Of a stretch of DNA of 64,000 bases, positions 59,769-64,000 are shown in pieces. The stretch covers positions 199,766,001 to 199,830,000 of the forward strand of contig NC_058368.1 in NCBI RefSeq assembly GCF_018350175.1. The letters run 5' to 3'. Below the pieces are notes generated by a model, which was given only the letters and a program-made list of their open reading frames with translations, had not been told where the DNA came from and ran no database searches. Each line of letters opens with the position of its first letter. Within the stretch, counting starts at the first letter, position 1. A program made the translations under genes and the position numbers. Origin of the DNA: Felis catus (lineage: Eukaryota).

Positions 59769-62700
59769 ACAGTGGTTTATTTTTTGAAGTACTTCACTTT
59801 TTTTTAAAACTAACATACAGGTTTTATTTCACCAGTGAAGTGCTTTACTTTTATTCTCTCACGAGGTGCTCAAAACATTCTGGTTTGGTAGGGATGGCCC
59901 TCTCTTAGTGCTCCAGAGAGGGCATGTGACTTTTTCAAAGCCAGCCAGCTAGCGGTGGGGAAGCTGAGGGTAAAACCCTTGCGCTCTGGCTCCTGACTTA
60001 TATGGAAAAGCCCTGCGCATGAGAGAATGAAAAGATAGGTGGTAACTGTCATCTCTATTCAGGCAACACATTTTGTAACAGAAATTTTAATTCAAAGTAC
60101 TAAATGAAGTTCATCTTACTTTATAAAGTTTATTTGACAATTATAATTAAATAATTTTTTATAAATGCTGATTACCTCCTGCCACTCTCCTCCTTACATA
60201 CTTACAAAAATATGTACGCTTGGAACATCTTATCTCTGCTTTGCATTACTACCATATGCACATTACTTCTTAGCTCTGTAGTCTCAGGCAAACTACCTAG
60301 CCTTTCTAAGCCCCAGTCCCCTCATTTGTAAATGGAGTAATAATTTTACAAATCTTTCAGAGCGACTGTATTTTGTGTCTGGCAAAGAAAGAGTACTCAG
60401 TACTTTTCAATACTGCAAATACCAGTAAATACCAAGTACTGTTATTACCAACATACATACAGCATAATCTTTGATATCTGTTATAGAATTGAATGTTTCT
60501 TATTACTTATCTGAAATCCTCTTCCATATGTCTTATAGACAAGCATTATCCATGTACTTATAACACACATAGAGCTTTATTAATATTTTTCTTAATTATA
60601 ATGTTAGAACTATAAGTTCATACATAAATGGAGTTTTTTATTGGCCATGGCACATGTTCATTATATTTCTCTTCTTAAGGAACAAGCACGTACTAGTCCT
60701 TGCTGACACAAGAGAATACATCTCTCCCACTGGAAATACCCCTTCGTTCCCAGACAGTTCTCGTTACACAAATGGCTGTAGGGTTCTAAGATTTTTGAGT
60801 CATAAAATGAGCTCAGACTGTTCATGCGACAGGCCTTCAGATTAGACAAACAGAGACAGTGCATATCACCACAAGCTTCCAGGAAATGATTTTAAACATA
60901 TCTCAATCCTTTGTATAATTGCTTCTGATAAAAATTGCATCATCCACATTTAAACATCCTGTGTGTATGATGAGGGCCTCAATGTGCCACTGAAGGGACA
61001 GCAGACCACAGCTTTACTTCCAGACACAGGGGTGCTCCCTTGCTCGGCTTGGGAGGTAATCTTGCTTGTCAAACAATCCAGCCTTTTTGAGACTGTTCAA
61101 AAAGCTCTAGAATTTTCAAAGCCACATGACCACTATTTCTAGAGGAAAAGCCACAGTGTAGTAAAAGTATAATAAATAAAACTAGAAAAGCATCAAGACC
61201 ATTTTGTTAAGATCTTGTACATCCCAATGTAAAATATGCCTATAAATTCCTAGGAACATGAGCCATGTGGAAGCTGAGGTTGTATTTGAAAAACAAGGAG
61301 TGTGATTTAAGAAAACTCAGACTAGAGCCTTATGTGAGTTGTCAGAAGGAAGGAGAGGGCTGAGAGACAGAGATGGGGCTCAATAATACAGACTGTAAAG
61401 AAAGTCAAGGAAAGCGGAGGAGAAACTACCCAAACAGCAGCTTCAGAACAAGCAGTAAGAGAGTAAAGAAAATAAAGGGATGTATGTGTGTATGTGTGTG
61501 TGTGTTTTGTGTGTGTGTGTGTTATATAAGTCTAGGAGAAAAAGACTCCCAGTTATTAAAAGGAATTCACAGTAGTCCCACTTTCTGTGCCCAAAGTTAA
61601 CTTGACTAGTATCAGGAGGCAAGTTAATATTTAAACAGTCCTTTCCACATCTGCTACTTCCATAATGTCTGTGCAGTTGTCATAAATTAGGAGTGGAGAA
61701 GGGCACTGTGCCAATCGTCAAAACAAATAGGCAATTCTGGATTCCAAGTTTCGTATTATTTTCCTTGAGCCTGAGTGCTGGGAGGGCGCTTGTCCTAACC
61801 ATGGGCCACTCGGGCACTAGAGTGGGAAACACCACCACATGGATCCTGTGACAGCCCTGCCCCCTGTGACAGGCTGATGAGAGAGAGGCCAGGAGCAAAT
61901 CTTGCCCTCAAGTGTCTCAGGCTTCGGGAGGAGAAAACGAGCTCTTAACAGTAAGTTAACACTATCAGTGGCACTGAAAGAACACCAACGTTATTAACCA
62001 TACGGGGTTGGCCCTTATTATGTCTCTGGCATTACTCATGGCTGCCCGCTCTGCATATCAGTCTTTCTCCATGGCTCTACTCCACACTCCTTAAAGGTAA
62101 TTCTGATGTTCTCTACTTGGCACTTCACGCAGTGTCCAGCCTGTGGTGGATTAGCAGATCATGTCCACAACTTGGCCTCTTCTGCTTCTCTGCTTCAACA
62201 AGGCCGGAACAGTGGAAGGACAGACTGGCATGCCAGGCCAGCTTTTGTTCTCTTTCCTTCCAGCTTTGCACTGCAATGGGGTTTAGCTTCTCAGGTAATA
62301 CAGGCACTCTCCCTTCTTCTCTTTTTGTGCACTGGGATACGCTCTTACCAGCTGGTTTCAGACAGGCTTGAGGGAAGTAAGGTCTTGATAAGCCTACCGT
62401 TACTTATTCCCAAAAAGCTCTACACTGGAGTTAAAAGCATCAGCTGGGCCAATAATAGAGTGGTGCCTTGTTTCCCAATAGCCATTGTCCTGTGTTTATA
62501 TATATCTCAGGAATGTCATGAGAAGGTCATGGTAGGATTTAGGAATGTTTAGTGTCTTTGGTCTGGACATTACCCTATCAGCACCAGAATCTCACCATAA
62601 GTTGCTAATACACTTGTCTTTTAACAATGTTTTGTATGCTCAGAGAGAATTGTGGAGGGAGAAAGGGGGTATGGCTGCTTCTCACTTTACCAGGACTCTG

Positions 62701-63039
62701 CCTGCTAGATTCCTGTCAACATTTTTTCCCTGTTGGTCTTGTTCAGCTTCCAACCTGTAGTGGGCCAGTGGTTGAGTTACCTTCCAATCCTTCATAAGCT
62801 TATTGTCTCTAATAGCATCTACTGCTGATAGTGTCTCTTTCTCTCAGATTTGTCTTGTCCCAGAAAAACTTTCACTTAAAAAGAACAACCTCAAGCTTGA
62901 TGGCGATTGTCCTCAGCAAGGTCATACTTATGAAGCAGAACATCAGAGTCCCCCCGAAGGTCTCGTTCAGTTCAGACCTAAGTCAAATTACTATGGTTCA
63001 CTTTGTAGAGTACCTAAAGTGAATAATTTGGAAATGGGA

Positions 63040-64000
63040 CTTTCATTCAGTCATTCAGCAAACAATTATTGATCCCCTACTTGGTGCCAAATAGCACTCT
63101 GGGTTCCGGACACGCCATTGAACAAAAACAATGTGCCTATACTCAGAGACAGGGCAGAAGAGAGACAATGGGAGTATAAACATGGAAAGGTGATTTCAGA
63201 CAGCAATAACTACTATACAGAAAAGAAATCTGCATGGAAGGTGGGAGAGTGGCTGGGAGGTGAGCTGAAGTGCTCATGTATGTAGCCGTGCTCTGAAAGG
63301 TCTCTATAAAGAGGAGACATTTGAGCGGAGACTGAAAAATGGGAACCCACCAGCCAAGTGAAGATCTTGGGAAGACTGATCCTTCCAGGAAAAAAAGCAT
63401 GGGCAGAAGTTTTGAAGCAGTGATGAGCTTAGTGTGTTCAAGGGACAGACAAAGGACAGAATTCAATGGGCTTAAGGGTGAGGGGGTAAAACGTGAGACA
63501 GGACAGGCAGCCTGAGACCAGGTCAAGGAAGATCCTTTAAGGAATTTTAATGTCATCTGATTGCAGTAGGAAGCCACAGAGGGTTTTAATCTCGGCAGTG
63601 ACATTATTTGAATCATGTACTTGACAGTTCACAAGGCTTCCCTGAGGGGTGAGAAGGGAAGCAGCAGGTGGGCTGAGAAGCAGTTGCCGCAGTACCCGCA
63701 AGGGCTCATGTTGGCTTTGAGAAAGGACTGCAGGGATGATGGGGGAAGCCCATGGTCTGTTATCACATGTATTTTGGTTGTGGCATCAGTAGGACTGGTT
63801 AATGGATGAGATATGGGATGGTGACAGAAAGAGAGGAGTCAGGATTTTTGGTCTCATCAGCTGGTGCAGACAATCAGATATTTGTTTATGTTTGATATGT
63901 TAAGCCTGGTATATCTACTAGGCATTAATGTAGTGATGTTTGTTATGTGTGTCCGCAGCTCAGGGAAGAATCGGGGCTAGATATGTAAAATTGCGGGTCA
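63040..64000 (-). mobile_element. L2 relic running off the window end
   Basis: ttcattcagtcattcagcaaacaattattga...cctacttggtgcca L2 tail; aagccacagagggtttta...gtgacatt body. Confidence 0.8.

Noticed and set aside
59897..59923. Small hairpin GCCCTCTCT-N9-AGAGAGGGC (and a similar 8-bp inverted repeat near 61083-61104)
   Set aside because: Short arms are expected by chance; no miRNA- or snoRNA-like features
62106..62552. 148-aa + strand ORF
   Set aside because: Non-ATG start, no recognisable domain or splice context; expected by chance in 64 kb
63143..63616. 157-aa - strand ORF
   Set aside because: Lies entirely within an L2 relic; no recognisable protein
50746..64000. ITGA2 exon 2 (YNVGLPEAKIFSGP...)
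   Set aside because: No matching sequence found by eye; intron 2 appears to run past the window end
1..64000. CRISPR array, operon or other novel multi-gene system
   Set aside because: All repeated sequence is explained by SINE, LINE, LTR or microsatellite; the only supported gene is spliced ITGA2

Overview
Mammalian genomic DNA, almost certainly from a felid (it carries near-consensus SINEC_Fc-type SINEs). The whole window lies inside the integrin alpha-2 gene (ITGA2/CD49b) on the minus strand. I traced 21 consecutive coding exons (equivalent to human exons 3-23; 50745 down to 2361). All have AG/GT boundaries and compatible phases, and they join into one 2640-nt stop-free frame covering the beta-propeller, the collagen-binding I-domain with intact MIDAS, and the thigh/calf regions. 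Exons 1-2 and 24-30 were not found and should lie outside the window. The introns hold a near-full-length decayed antisense L1 (intron 13) with nested insertions, about 25 carnivore SINEC copies, truncated L1s, two probable solo LTRs, MIR/L2/MER relics and microsatellites. I see no new multi-gene system. The most interesting leads are a candidate poison exon in intron 21, competing splice donors, inverted SINE pairs (editing/circRNA), a sense solo LTR with CArG-TATA-polyA, and felid substitutions at known functional sites. Exon numbering and human comparisons are from memory and need alignment to confirm.
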